A stretch of 64,000 nucleotides of DNA from Hormoscilla sp. (GTDB lineage: Bacteria; Cyanobacteriota; Cyanobacteriia; Cyanobacteriales; Desertifilaceae): positions 53,595 to 117,594 of the forward strand of contig JBFRWI010000002.1 in the NCBI GenBank assembly GCA_051439505.1, read 5' to 3'. The notes under the pieces were generated by a model. That model saw nothing but the letters and a program-made list of their open reading frames with translations, ran no database searches and had not been told where the DNA came from. Below, one piece after another: positions 10,405 to 22,585 of the stretch; the first letter of the stretch is position 1, and the number at the start of each line of letters is the position of its first letter. The position numbers were made by a program, and so were the translations under genes.

Positions 10405-10758
10405 ATGAACAAGACAATTGCCATAGCTTTATGTGCAGCTTCTTTTCTGTTGCCAGTTAGCGGAGTGCGAAGTCAAACCCCCATTGGAGATTTGCAGCGC
10501 CCTCATGGCGTTACTATTTCCGGCACCGTAAAGAGTGTAGTTGGTAATGAGTTTATTCTCCGCGACAGCAGTGGAGAAATTATCGTAGATGCGGGACCGC
10601 GCTGGAGGCAAGAAATTAATCTCACTCCCGGGGAACGAGTGACGGTTGTGGGTGAATACGACGACGATGATTTCGATGCTTATTCTATTTCTCGCAGTAG
10701 CGGTGAAGTCATCCAAATTCGTACCGAGGATGATGATGATCCTTGGGAGGAACGGTAA
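10405..10758 (+). CDS. Secreted OB-fold (YgiW/YdeI-like) protein
   Basis: Signal peptide MNKTIAIALCAASFLL; VTISGTVKSVVGNEFILRDSSGEIIVDAGP; homologous to the repeat unit of 8682-9713. Confidence 0.75.
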   Translation: MNKTIAIALCAASFLLPVSGVRSQTPIGDLQRPHGVTISGTVKSVVGNEFILRDSSGEIIVDAGPRWRQEINLTPGERVTVVGEYDDDDFDAYSISRSSGEVIQIRTEDDDDPWEER

Positions 10759-11019
10759 AAAAGACGCTTCAACTGCTGCCGGGGAAGATGCGATCGCTTT
10801 TAATATGATTCAACCTGTTGAGAATCAACTTGAGGTTCTACGTAAGCGCCTTGCGCGCTTATCTTCCCTTGCTAGCATCAACCAGAGAGGACAGAACGCT
10901 ATCTACTATCTCCTCTATATATTTGATATCTTGTATCATTCTCAATAAGACCGATTAAGCTGGTTTGGGGGGATGGGACTGTTTCATCCCCTTCTAAATA
11001 ATTTTCTAGGCGCTTTCTC

Positions 11020-11084
11020 GCCCGGAAAGCACTAAAGTGCTTACTACTAACTGCCCGGAAAGCACTAAAGTGCTTACTACTAAC
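11020..11084. repeat. Tandem 33-bp unit with internal palindrome AAGCACT-AA-AGTGCTT
   Basis: Two copies; related sequence at ~20806-20830. Confidence 0.8.
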
Positions 11085-11088
11085 GGTT

Positions 11089-13956
11089 CTACTTAGCATC
11101 CATCCAATTATCGCCTGCATGAATATCAACCACCAGCGGCACGGTTAACTCCACAGCAGATTCCATCGCGGTCTTGATTTCCGATTGTAACACTTCCCAC
11201 TCCTCTGGGGGAACTTCAAATACTAATTCATCATGCACTTGTAATAGCAATCTCGCCTGGTACTTCTGTAACCGTTCATCCAGTTTTACCATCGCTATTT
11301 TGATGATATCCGCACTCGAACCCTGAATGGGCGCATTCGCTGCGGCCCTTAACATCCCAGCATCGTTCCTACCGAGAGCGAAATTAAATTTGTTTAAGTC
11401 GATCTCTTCGGGATCCCTTCCTTTCATCTTCTGCAAGGTTCCATTTTCAAACTCGAAGTAGCGACGCCGCCCTAATATTGTTTCCACATATCCACGGGCG
11501 ATCGCCTCCTTCTTCACCCTCTCCAAATAGGCAAACACGCCTGGATAGCGTCGATAAAACCGCTGAATAAATTCTTTTCCTTCTGCGCTTGTCACTCCCG
11601 CCGATCGGGCAAATTTTTGCGCCCCCATGCCGTAAATAACGCCAAAGTTAATCGTCTTACCCACACCTCGTTCCGCTGGCGTTACTGTTTCCTTTTCAAA
11701 TAGCAGTCGGGCCGTGACTGTATGAATATCTGCATTTTGCTGGTAAGCCTCAATTAACACCGGTTCCTGACTCAGATGTGCCAAGATCCGCAACTCTATT
11801 TGGGAATAGTCTGCCGATAGCAACAACCAGTCCTGTTCCGGTAAAAACGCCTTTCTAATTTGCCGCGAAAATTCCGTTCTAATGGGAATATTCTGTAAAT
11901 TAGGATTGGAAGAAGAAAGTCGTCCCGTTCCCGTCACCGTCTGATTGAAATCTGTATGCACCCGCTGGGTATCCCCACGCACCAACTGCGGTAAGGCATC
12001 CACATATGTTGATTTTAACTTGTCCAGGGTGCGATATTGCCAAATCAGATCGACCACCGGGTGATCCTCTTGCAGTTTTTCCAGGGTAGCGGCGTCAGTA
12101 GAATAACCCGTCTTAATTTTCCGAGATTTCTTGCTATCTAAACCCAGCTTCTCAAACAGCAACTCACTCACCTGTTTAGGTGAACCCAGGTTGAATTTAT
12201 CTCCCGCTTCCCGATATGCTTGTTCTTCAATCTTTGCCAACTCTTTTTGCAACTGTTGCGAGAGTTCCTCCAGGTATTTGCTATCAATCCTGATCCCGGT
12301 ATATTCCAGGGCTGCTAGAATTGGTTCTAAAGGCTGTTCTACCTCTAGCAGCAGCTTCTGCAAAGCTGGTACTTGCTGGAGTTTAGCACTCAACTTCTCT
12401 ACCAATTGGAAGGTTGCCTGCAGCTGCTGGCCACAGTAATATGCTACTGTCGGGATATCTACCTCCGCAATTGTTTTCCCCTTTGGCACTACTTCAGAGT
12501 AGCTTTTCATCTTCAGCACCAGATTATTCCTCATTGACAAGTCTTTGAGGTTATGAGGCTTTTCTGGATCTAGGACGTAACTTGCTAGCATGGTGTCAAA
12601 ACCTACCCCTTGCAGTTCTATTCCCTGACATCGCAGGACTAGGCGATCGCCCTTAGCATTCTGGAACGCTTTGGGATAATCTCCACTTTCGAGAATGGGA
12701 CGCAAAGCCTCTAGAACCATAGCCATATCCAAATTATCCCCCGTTACGTGATGAATGGGAATATAAGCAACATCATTGGCATCCGTTCCCCAGCAGCAAC
12801 CTATTCCTACCAGTTGCGAGTTTCGCGGTTTTAACTCTGTAGTTTCCGTCTTCCAGGCTACCGGTACATCCCTGCAACCTTGCAATTGCTTTACCAATGC
12901 CGTTAGTTTAGCCTCGGTATCAATGATGGGCGGCCCTACATCTTTGTCTTTGTAGAGATCTAGTTCTAATTGCTGCTGGATGCCGCGAGGGCTTTCCTCT
13001 GTTCTCAGTTCCGTTACGGTCCCGCCCAATATCTCTTGTAGCTTCCCAATTTTATCCAAAAACTTCTTGAGTTCTAATTTTAACAGTATCGGTTCTACCC
13101 GCCCCATGTCAAAACCTGTCAACTGGCAGTCTTCTAGGCTAATTTCTATCGGCACGTCAAGCTTCAACTGGGCCATATACTGGGAATGATAGGCGGAGTC
13201 TTTCCCCTCTGCTAGCTTTTTATTCACGGCTCCTTTAATATTGTCTAAGGCAGCATATATATTGTCGAGACTGCCGTATTCCTTAAGCAGCTTGACCGCC
13301 GTCTTTGCCCCTATCCCTCTGACTCCGGGAATGTTATCGGAACTGTCCCCGCAGAGGGCTTTATAGTCAACTACCTGTGTTGGGGGAATGCCTAATTTCT
13401 CTATCACTTCCTCTGTTCCGAACTCGGTGGCCCTACTAGATCGCTGGTTGTAACCGCCACCCATGTACAATACCGTGATGTTTTTGGCTTCGTCAACTAT
13501 CCCGAATAAATCCCGATCGCCCGTCAGCACCTTTACCCGATAACCTGCTGCACTCCCCTCTTGCGCTAATGTTGCCAAGACATCATCTGCTTCATATCCC
13601 GCACTGCTTACCAGGGGCATATTTAATGCCTGTAGCAGTTCCTGGAGATTTTCCATGTCTGGGATAAAATCTGCTGGCGTTTCCGCCCGCCCTGCCTTAT
13701 AGTTAGCATCTGCCTGGTGCCGGAATGTTGGTTCCGCCCGATCGAATGCTACCGCGATCGCCTGGGGTTGGTGAGATGCGATCGCCTCTAGCATACTATT
13801 TAGAAAACCAAAGCAGACGCTAGTGGGATTTTTTGTGGAAGTTCTCAGTCCGCCGTTCCTACTTTTAGCAAAAGCATAGTAAGAACGGAAGGCTAAGGAG
13901 TGACCATCTATTAACAGCAACAGGGGCGGACCCTTCATCTCGGTGGAGTTTGACAT
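11089..13956 (-). CDS. polA: DNA polymerase I
   Basis: 5'-3' exonuclease (LIDGHSLAFR, YEADD), motif A DYSQIELR, KTINFGVIYG, LQVHDEL. Confidence 0.97.
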   Translation of the reverse strand: MSNSTEMKGPPLLLLIDGHSLAFRSYYAFAKSRNGGLRTSTKNPTSVCFGFLNSMLEAIASHQPQAIAVAFDRAEPTFRHQADANYKAGRAETPADFIPDMENLQELLQALNMPLVSSAGYEADDVLATLAQEGSAAGYRVKVLTGDRDLFGIVDEAKNITVLYMGGGYNQRSSRATEFGTEEVIEKLGIPPTQVVDYKALCGDSSDNIPGVRGIGAKTAVKLLKEYGSLDNIYAALDNIKGAVNKKLAEGKDSAYHSQYMAQLKLDVPIEISLEDCQLTGFDMGRVEPILLKLELKKFLDKIGKLQEILGGTVTELRTEESPRGIQQQLELDLYKDKDVGPPIIDTEAKLTALVKQLQGCRDVPVAWKTETTELKPRNSQLVGIGCCWGTDANDVAYIPIHHVTGDNLDMAMVLEALRPILESGDYPKAFQNAKGDRLVLRCQGIELQGVGFDTMLASYVLDPEKPHNLKDLSMRNNLVLKMKSYSEVVPKGKTIAEVDIPTVAYYCGQQLQATFQLVEKLSAKLQQVPALQKLLLEVEQPLEPILAALEYTGIRIDSKYLEELSQQLQKELAKIEEQAYREAGDKFNLGSPKQVSELLFEKLGLDSKKSRKIKTGYSTDAATLEKLQEDHPVVDLIWQYRTLDKLKSTYVDALPQLVRGDTQRVHTDFNQTVTGTGRLSSSNPNLQNIPIRTEFSRQIRKAFLPEQDWLLLSADYSQIELRILAHLSQEPVLIEAYQQNADIHTVTARLLFEKETVTPAERGVGKTINFGVIYGMGAQKFARSAGVTSAEGKEFIQRFYRRYPGVFAYLERVKKEAIARGYVETILGRRRYFEFENGTLQKMKGRDPEEIDLNKFNFALGRNDAGMLRAAANAPIQGSSADIIKIAMVKLDERLQKYQARLLLQVHDELVFEVPPEEWEVLQSEIKTAMESAVELTVPLVVDIHAGDNWMDAK

Positions 13957-14251
13957 CGTTTTCTCTGGCTGGGTTGGTTGCTTTTCCTGCCCGGTATTCT
14001 AACATGCGATCGTCATCCTGCGGCAACCTGCCGTTATCGGGGGTGTGGTCATAATTAATTGATAGTCGGGTGCATCGCCCGATACATATATAGCCCGCGC
14101 AGGCGGGCTTAGTTCGAGTAGCCGGACCCTTTAGGGTTCGGGGCGGACGCTCTTTTCGACGATGATCTGGCTCCGATCGCAGCAGGAGTATGGCTGGGTG
14201 CATTATATAATTAACAAAGACAAGCAGACCTTAAGAAATATTACAGAGTAG

Positions 14252-15640
<1,389 letters not shown>

Positions 15641-15756
15641 CTGATGACATTGGATGCCTGTCCGACAAGGGTGTGGTCAAAAAACAGTTGGTTGTTGTTG
15701 ACCACACCCGCGAAGGGTGGGCGGTGCCCACCCTACGAATGCAACTGAAGCAGTAA

Positions 15757-16674
15757 ATGAACTCACCTGGCATGAGAAAGCTGGTATCTCTAGAGGAAGC
15801 CTATGAAATCTGTCGTCAGATGACGGCCAAGTACGCGAAGACGTTTTATCTGGGTACGTTATTGATGCCAGAAGCCAAGCGTCGGGCAATTTGGGCGATC
15901 TACGCTTGGTGTCGGCGCACGGATGAACTGGTAGATGGCAGCGATGCCGTGATGACGACGCCGGAAACCCTTGATGGATGGGAAAAACAGCTGGAAGGGG
16001 TCTTTGCAGGGGAAGCGATCGATGATTGTGACCTAGCGTTGGTGGATACCCTGGAAAAATTCCCCTTGGAGATTCAGCCCTTTCGAGACATGATTGCCGG
16101 TCAGCGCATGGACCTGTACCGGAGTCGTTACGAGACCTTTGAGGAGTTATATTTGTATTGCTATCGGGTGGCGGGTACGGTAGGCTTGATGTCTACCACT
16201 GTTATGGGTGTGGATACTTCGGGCTACGCGGCACCCTGGCAGCGCAACTCTCAACCCTATATTCCTATTAAAGAGGCGATCGCCCTCGGGATAGCAAACC
16301 AGCTGACAAATATCCTGCGAGATGTGGGGGAGGACGCCCACCGGGGCCGCATTTATCTGCCGGAAGAAGATTTAGCTCGGTTTAATTATACCGAGAAGGA
16401 TTTATTGAATGGAGTCGTAGACGAGCGCTGGCGCCAGTTCATGCAGTTCCAAATCGAACGGGCCCGCGAGTTCTTCACTCAAGCAGAAACGGGTCTGCGT
16501 TTCCTGATTCCCGACGCGAAATGGCCAGTCTGGTCCGCTTTGATGCTTTATCAGCAGATTTTAGATGCGATCGAGCGCAACCAGTACGATGTCTTTAGTA
16601 AAAGAGCCTATGTTTCTACCCCCCGCAAGTTCCTGAGTTTGCCCGTTGCCTGGTTGCGGGCCCAAGCACTTTAA
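15757..16674 (+). CDS. crtB: Phytoene synthase
   Basis: YAKTFYLGT, RRTDELVD, NILRDVGED; directly downstream of pds. Confidence 0.95.
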   Translation: MNSPGMRKLVSLEEAYEICRQMTAKYAKTFYLGTLLMPEAKRRAIWAIYAWCRRTDELVDGSDAVMTTPETLDGWEKQLEGVFAGEAIDDCDLALVDTLEKFPLEIQPFRDMIAGQRMDLYRSRYETFEELYLYCYRVAGTVGLMSTTVMGVDTSGYAAPWQRNSQPYIPIKEAIALGIANQLTNILRDVGEDAHRGRIYLPEEDLARFNYTEKDLLNGVVDERWRQFMQFQIERAREFFTQAETGLRFLIPDAKWPVWSALMLYQQILDAIERNQYDVFSKRAYVSTPRKFLSLPVAWLRAQAL

Positions 16675-16721
16675 TTGGCGATTGCTAATTGCTAATTGCT
16701 AATTGCTAATTGCGAGTTGGG

Positions 16722-16811
16722 AAGTAGGGTGGGCACCGCCCACCAAATGCGCTCGGTGTTATTGATAAGTAGGGTGGGCACCGCCCACCAAGTGCGCTCG
16801 GTGTTGACGAT
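16722..16811. repeat. REP-like GTAGGGTGGGCAnnGCCCACC palindrome family (two tandem 45-bp units here)
   Basis: Other copies at ~9834, 15715, 27354, 30159, 49241, 50046, 50087, 55122-55163. Confidence 0.85.
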
Positions 16812-16929
16812 CTGAAGCCAAGATTGTCAATGCGATCGAACGCAAGCATTATTGTTACATTGTTATAACCATGACTTCACTATAAGTTATACGCTTTCAT
16901 AAGTTATAGATCTTGGCAATTCACAATTT

Positions 16930-19380
16930 TCAATGAGCGATCGGGATTTTAATAATAAACTCCGTACCCTTTCCCGGTGACGAAATGCAGTTGAGTTTAC
17001 CCCCATGTTTATCTACTATAATTTGATAGCTAATAGATAGCCCCAAACCCGTACCAGAACCTACGGGTTTGGTAGTGAAAAAGGGATCGAAGATCTTATT
17101 TAAAACATCGGTAGTCATGCCAGGACCATTGTCGGCAATGCGCGCGATCGCCCATTTTTTGTCCCGCAGTTCCGTGCGGATCGTAATAGTAGGCGATCTG
17201 TCCTTTCGATCCCCCTGAGAATGTAAAGCATCGATCGCATTCCCGATAATATGCATAAACACTTGATTGAGCTGACTGGGATAGCAGTTAATTTCTGGCA
17301 GTAACCCATATTCTTTAATCACTTCAATTTCAACTTTACCATCCTTGGGTTTAAGTTTATGGTGTAAAATTAGGAGAGTGTTATCGATACCTTCATGCAG
17401 ATTGGCGTGCTTCATGTCTGATTCATCTAGACGCGAGAAGTTTCGCAAAGAGAGGACAATAGCCCGGATGCGATCGGCCCCCATCTGCATCGAATATAAC
17501 AGTTTCGGAAAGTCTTCTTTAATATATTCTAAATCTATTGCTTCTGCTGACGCTGCTATTTCCGAGTCAGGTTCTGGATAATGTAGCTGATATAATTCCA
17601 GCAAATTCATCAAGTCAGCAGCATATTCTTTAGCAGGAGTAATGTTACCATAGATGAAGCTCGTAGGATTATTGATTTCATGGGCAATACCAGCCACCAT
17701 CTGCCCCAAAGAAGCCATTTTCTCACTCTGAATTAACTGGGCCTGGGTTTGCTGCAACTTGCGCAAGGCCCCTTCCACTGTTTCCTTCGCTTTGCGCAGT
17801 TCTTCGGCCTGCTTCTGCTCCGTGACATCAATGCCGATACTGATAATATAATTAATTTCTCCCTCACTATTCTGGAGAGCCGTGTTCGACCAGGAAATTA
17901 GCCGCCGATCGCCATCTTTTGTCAGCCAGTAGTTTTCATACTCACTCCCAAAAGTGCCTACTTGTAGATCCTCAAAGACTGCCATTACCGCCTCCGTTTC
18001 TTCGGGAACTAAAAAGAAATCCCAGAAATGCCGATCTCGAACTTCACTAAATGAGTAACCCGTGGTACGCTCACAGGTATGGTTAAAGCGGATTATTCTC
18101 CCCTGCAAGTCTAGCACCACAATTAAAGCACCAGCGGTCTCGATCACCGCTGAGGCGAAGTTGCGCTCTTCCTTTACTTCTGCAATTAGCTGGCGTAGCT
18201 GCAATGTCATCTCATTAAAGGTGTTTGCTAGCACCCACATTTCGTTGCGCTCTTCAATCTGGACCTGGATATCTAGGTCGCCGCTGCTAATGTCGATCGC
18301 GGCGGCGGTTAAGCGCTGCAAGGGCGATACAATTTTATAGGAGAAGAAGATGCCCAAGGCTCCAGCTACAAGGATCACGAAAACCAGGGTGAGCAGTATG
18401 ATGCCGATCGCCTGACGCACTGGCCCGTAGACTTCTGTTACGGGCAACTCCACGATGACTCTCCAGTTGACCCTAGGCACGGGCGCGATCGCCCCCAGCA
18501 CTTCCACTCCCCTTAACCCCTGATATTTCCTCACAGTCTGCTGGCCAGTTAGCATTCCCTTGGTTAAATCCAGAATAAACTCCCGGGCTGAGAGGTCTTG
18601 TAGCTGGGCAGTTTCCGGAGAACTTCCTTTTTGGGCAATTAACTGCAAGCGGTTATCAATGATGTAAGCATAACCCGTAGATCCCAAATCCGCTTGGGAG
18701 ACCACAAACCAGAGAAATTCCAGATTAATCCTGGCCACCAAGACCCCATCTACAAGATCGCGATCGTTGCGTACTGGCACTGCCAGATTTACCACGTGCA
18801 ACCCTAAAACCGGATCTATTTCTACGGGGCTGACATAATCTTCCTGGTGCTGGAATGGTCGTAAAAACAGAGGCGAATCAGCCCCGACATTTAGGGATAA
18901 ATTATCATGGGGCGAAGCTGAGGCCACCACCTCACCCCTGGGGTTTAATAGGGCGACAATTTCATAGGCTTCGTTGTGACGAGTCATAGCTTCGAGTAAC
19001 TTCTGCTGCGCTGTACCGGACAGCTCCGTCAAGCCTCGTACTAAGGCCAAATAGTTGAGTTTTCCCTGTAAGTCATCTAGGTAAACCTCTATCTCATGGG
19101 CCGCTGACTTGCTTCTTTCCTCTTGCAAGCGGATCGACTGTTGCCACTGAGTCTGGAAACTGACTCTCGTCAGCAGTCCCCCGGCGAGCAGGGAGCTGAA
19201 CACTGCTAGCAACAGGAAACTGGTTCTTAACTGGTTCGCGATTTTCAATCTTGGAAGCTCTCCGGTAGTGCAATCTGAGGGCGATACATCAATTTTGCCA
19301 CTAATGATGTCTCGTGTAACTGCCTTGAGAGTAGCTTCTTGTTCTGGGTCAGATTCCAATACTTCGTAGGTTTTGCACAA
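16930..19380 (-). CDS. Sensor histidine kinase (Cache-HAMP-PAS-HisKA-HATPase); start uncertain
   Basis: Two TMs, HAMP (PLQRLTAAA...LANTFNEM), PAS ([15 protein letters not shown]), [25 protein letters not shown]. Confidence 0.9.
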   Translation of the reverse strand: MCKTYEVLESDPEQEATLKAVTRDIISGKIDVSPSDCTTGELPRLKIANQLRTSFLLLAVFSSLLAGGLLTRVSFQTQWQQSIRLQEERSKSAAHEIEVYLDDLQGKLNYLALVRGLTELSGTAQQKLLEAMTRHNEAYEIVALLNPRGEVVASASPHDNLSLNVGADSPLFLRPFQHQEDYVSPVEIDPVLGLHVVNLAVPVRNDRDLVDGVLVARINLEFLWFVVSQADLGSTGYAYIIDNRLQLIAQKGSSPETAQLQDLSAREFILDLTKGMLTGQQTVRKYQGLRGVEVLGAIAPVPRVNWRVIVELPVTEVYGPVRQAIGIILLTLVFVILVAGALGIFFSYKIVSPLQRLTAAAIDISSGDLDIQVQIEERNEMWVLANTFNEMTLQLRQLIAEVKEERNFASAVIETAGALIVVLDLQGRIIRFNHTCERTTGYSFSEVRDRHFWDFFLVPEETEAVMAVFEDLQVGTFGSEYENYWLTKDGDRRLISWSNTALQNSEGEINYIISIGIDVTEQKQAEELRKAKETVEGALRKLQQTQAQLIQSEKMASLGQMVAGIAHEINNPTSFIYGNITPAKEYAADLMNLLELYQLHYPEPDSEIAASAEAIDLEYIKEDFPKLLYSMQMGADRIRAIVLSLRNFSRLDESDMKHANLHEGIDNTLLILHHKLKPKDGKVEIEVIKEYGLLPEINCYPSQLNQVFMHIIGNAIDALHSQGDRKDRSPTITIRTELRDKKWAIARIADNGPGMTTDVLNKIFDPFFTTKPVGSGTGLGLSISYQIIVDKHGGKLNCISSPGKGTEFIIKIPIAH

Positions 19381-19393
19381 CGGCGTGGATATT

Positions 19394-19579
19394 TGTCATT
19401 GCGAGGGGGGATACTCCGCGATTAACTTATGCACCAATTGAGTTAACCCCCCCGAAGCAATCCCCCCGTCCGTATGAGATGAAGATCACTTCGGCGTCGG
19501 AGGTGAGATTGCTTCGGGGGGGGGGATAAAGGCGGAGATACCTAAATTATCGGTTTCGGTTTCCCCCCTCGCAATGACA
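19394..19579. repeat. Nested inverted-repeat element TGTCATTGCGAG...CGAAGCAATC...GATTGCTTCG...CTCGCAATGACA
   Basis: Outer and inner inverted repeats read directly from the sequence. Confidence 0.8.
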
Positions 19580-19646
19580 GCTTGTATCCCTTGAAGTATT
19601 GGGTTAGATTCCCCCGAAATTGATTTTGTGACAGCGATGGTCGCCC

Positions 19647-19679
19647 AGAAACCCGGTTTTTACAGAAAACCGGGTTTCT
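19647..19679. repeat. AGAAACCCGG/CCGGGTTTCT palindrome family
   Basis: Also at ~38622-38695 and, as tandem units, at ~44508-44685. Confidence 0.8.
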
Positions 19680-19698
19680 TAATTCTGCTCGCTGAAAA

Positions 19699-20799
19699 TC
19701 AGCGTTTGCTGTGGTTGCGTATGGATTTATGGATCTTCTTCCACTTTTCCTTTTCCACTAAAGCAGCGTTCTTGTCTTGGCGATCTCCCAGATGCTTCAA
19801 CTCTTTTTGCAGCTTTTTATAGCTCAAAAAGCGCTTGAGTTCCAGCATTCCCTCCTGGATAGCTTCTTGGACTGCACATCCGGGTTCGCGATCGTGCTGA
19901 CAATCCCGAAAACGACATGCTTGGGCCAGGGTTTCGATATCCGCAAAGGTATCTTCCAACCCAACATCTTGGGCCCAAATTTGGATTTCCCGCATTCCCG
20001 GCGTATCGATCAGCAAACCACCCGATGGTAACTTTATCAATTCCCGATGGGTTGTCGTATGGCGTCCCCGATCGTCCCCTTTTCTCACTCCTTGCACCTT
20101 TTGCAGCATTTTCCCGGTTAATTGATTGGCGATCGTGGACTTTCCGACCCCCGAAGACCCCAGCAATGCTACGGTCTGTCCCGGTTGCAGGTAAGAAAGC
20201 AGTCCATCCAATCCTTGTTGGTTAACTGCGCTTAAGGTAATTATCGGCACCAGAGGGGCGATCGCCTCTACTGCCAGTATCCGTTCGTCAACATCTGAGC
20301 ACAAATCAGCCTTATTCAAAATAATGACAGGATTAGCGCCACTTTCCCAAGTTAGAATCAGATAGCGTTCGATCCTCCTGAGATTAAAATCCCCATCCAA
20401 TCCCGACAGCAAAAAGACAGTGTCAATGTTCGTCGCCACAATTTGCGCTGCTGTTTTCGCACCCGCCGTTTTCCGACTAAATTTGCTTTGGCGGGGCAAA
20501 ACATCATGGATGGTTGCCGTTTTTTCCTCTGGGACATTAATAACGACCCAATCTCCTACCGCTGGCAAATCCTCCTGACCGGATGCTTGGTATCGCAGTT
20601 TCCCAGTCACCTTTGCCGACAGTTCTCCAAACTCACTGTAGACAATGTAACTGTTTTTGTGTTCCCGGGCAACTCTCGCCGCCGCGTATCCTGCTTGTTG
20701 GTAGCTTTCAAAACTTGCGGCAAAAAAACTTTTCCAACCTAATTCCTCTAGGTTCATTGAAGTTTCCTCTAGGTAATTGCTTGTAACGGCAACACTCAC
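19699..20799 (-). CDS. rsgA: Ribosome small subunit-dependent GTPase A
   Basis: [37 protein letters not shown] zinc finger. Confidence 0.95.
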   Translation of the reverse strand: MSVAVTSNYLEETSMNLEELGWKSFFAASFESYQQAGYAAARVAREHKNSYIVYSEFGELSAKVTGKLRYQASGQEDLPAVGDWVVINVPEEKTATIHDVLPRQSKFSRKTAGAKTAAQIVATNIDTVFLLSGLDGDFNLRRIERYLILTWESGANPVIILNKADLCSDVDERILAVEAIAPLVPIITLSAVNQQGLDGLLSYLQPGQTVALLGSSGVGKSTIANQLTGKMLQKVQGVRKGDDRGRHTTTHRELIKLPSGGLLIDTPGMREIQIWAQDVGLEDTFADIETLAQACRFRDCQHDREPGCAVQEAIQEGMLELKRFLSYKKLQKELKHLGDRQDKNAALVEKEKWKKIHKSIRNHSKR

Positions 20800-20933
20800 A
20801 GAGGAAAGCGCGCTTTGCGCTTACTACAAACGGCGCTCAAGCGCTTGCAAACCTGTTATCGCCTCTGTGAGGTGCGCGGGTTGTTGCTTGACCATCCGAA
20901 CAGCATACTAAAAAACTGGTAATTTCCGGAAAA

Positions 20934-22199
20934 TCATCCCCATTTATACGCATATCCATCTCTTCTGAAGATAGGTTTTAGGTCTATTGGCTTGACTGAC
21001 TTCTGGGTTTTGTCAGGTTTGGTCAACATAAAACTACCGCGACTTCTGGGAGTAATTCTACCTATTCCATGAACTTTATGCTTGGCAATATCGCCAGTTT
21101 GCCATCCCTTGATGGGCTTTAATGGATTGTGACGGATTGGATATCCGTACTTGTTAAGAGCAGCTTTTTGACGACCTCCACGCCCCTTGCAAGTAATGAG
21201 TAGTGGCCGAGTAGTTGCGATTTTTAACATGGGTGTACTTCTTCCCACACAAGCTGCATCGAGCCAATGAGTTTTGGGCAATCCTTGAAGAGTTCGGTTG
21301 TATTTTGTCAAACCACCCGTGCCAGTTTCAATGGCTAATCCAGTTTCCTTAAGGCGGTTAAACAATGCCCATCGGGTAGAGTTGACTGCCGCTGCATCTT
21401 TTAGGGGGGCTTTTGCTTGCGCTAGCAACCGCTTCAAAACTTCCGGCTTCTTTTTTAGGAATTGCTCGACAGCAGAGGCTGCTTTTTTCTGGTTGCATTT
21501 ATGGCAAGCGATAGCCAGATTGCTAACTCGGTCGGAACCTCCCTTACTCTTGGGATGAATGTGTTCGATTTCTAACGGGACTTCTTTGGCACCGCAGTAG
21601 GCACACTGGTGTCGCCATTTGGTCAAGAGATATTCCCTCAACTCGTATCCAAACAAGACTCCATGCTGGTACTCAACCCCTGATATCTCAGGGTTTTGCA
21701 GCTTTTGTGTGTCAAACCGCACTAGCTCCATTGAGATGTCCGTTATCGGGCAATACTTCCGCAGGCGCTTGACCCAGGTCATGACAGTTTCAACTCGATG
21801 TTGCAGGCTGGGAGCTAGCCATCCAAGGGGGCGCTTCCTGTTATTGAATCTCCCAGGACGATAACGAGTCTTACGGTTACGACGATTGCGACGAACAGCG
21901 CGACGGTCTGCTAACTTTTTCTTGATCGAGTCGCCTCTGTGAGTCAATTCCGCTGCCCATACAACTGTACCAGTCTTCTCATTCACTAGCACAATACCAG
22001 TCACTTTAGCTCCTGGGTCTAACTTAATCCGATGAGGTTCTAAGCCTGGATCTTCAACAGTTCTTCTGAGGATAATCGTAAACGGATAGGTTCTGAAAAC
22101 CGCAGCCTTGCCCTGCTTTAAGAGCTTTCGCGCCCTGGCAGGGTGAATAGGATTGAGCCGCTGCTTGTTGGCATCTAAAACGAAAACACAATTTTGCAT
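20934..22199 (-). CDS. iscB: RNA-guided endonuclease IscB (IS200/IS605 OMEGA)
   Basis: PLMP-like N-terminus (VFVLDANKQRLNP), RuvC-I LDPG, Arg-rich bridge helix, RuvC-II MELVRFD, HNH CAYC...EHIHP...N...CHKCN, RuvC-III HWLDA. Confidence 0.95.
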   Translation of the reverse strand: MQNCVFVLDANKQRLNPIHPARARKLLKQGKAAVFRTYPFTIILRRTVEDPGLEPHRIKLDPGAKVTGIVLVNEKTGTVVWAAELTHRGDSIKKKLADRRAVRRNRRNRKTRYRPGRFNNRKRPLGWLAPSLQHRVETVMTWVKRLRKYCPITDISMELVRFDTQKLQNPEISGVEYQHGVLFGYELREYLLTKWRHQCAYCGAKEVPLEIEHIHPKSKGGSDRVSNLAIACHKCNQKKAASAVEQFLKKKPEVLKRLLAQAKAPLKDAAAVNSTRWALFNRLKETGLAIETGTGGLTKYNRTLQGLPKTHWLDAACVGRSTPMLKIATTRPLLITCKGRGGRQKAALNKYGYPIRHNPLKPIKGWQTGDIAKHKVHGIGRITPRSRGSFMLTKPDKTQKSVKPIDLKPIFRRDGYAYKWG

Positions 22200-22470
22200 T
22201 TAAGCAACTCCCAAAAAAGGGGTAAAGTTTGCCTCGGTCATGTTAAGGGTGCTTTTTACATCTAACTCACGCGGTCCTACAAAATCCATTCGTTCCGTTC
22301 CTTAAAGCTAGACGACAGAGCTACGAGCTGGCGCTCACCCGTAGGTATCATGACTCCCCTAACGTAGGTCTGATCCTGGACCTGCATCTTGCATCTTCCC
22401 GAGGGAGATAATTCCAACAAAGGTCAGAAATTACCGGATTTTATGCAAGAGCTACCGACTCAGACATATT
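22200..22470 (-). ncRNA. omega-RNA (HEARO-like) scaffold with putative 5' guide
   Basis: Minus strand CTACGTT...GTCATGATACC...GCCAGC...GCTCTGTCG...TAACATGACCGAGGCAAACTTTACCCC immediately 5' of iscB; opening stem GCTCTTGCAT/ATGCAAGATGC. Confidence 0.8.
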
Positions 22471-22585
22471 CTTTCTCCTGTTTTTACTTCAACGCTAACG
22501 CAACGCTAAATTTTAGCTATACTTCTATTATAACATAGATTGAAGCGAAACTCAACTTGCATTGCTGCTGTTGGGTTTCGTACCT

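Noticed and set aside
16722..16811. Possible mini-CRISPR (repeat-spacer-repeat)
   Set aside because: The intervening sequences are near-identical, and the repeat is the dispersed REP family.
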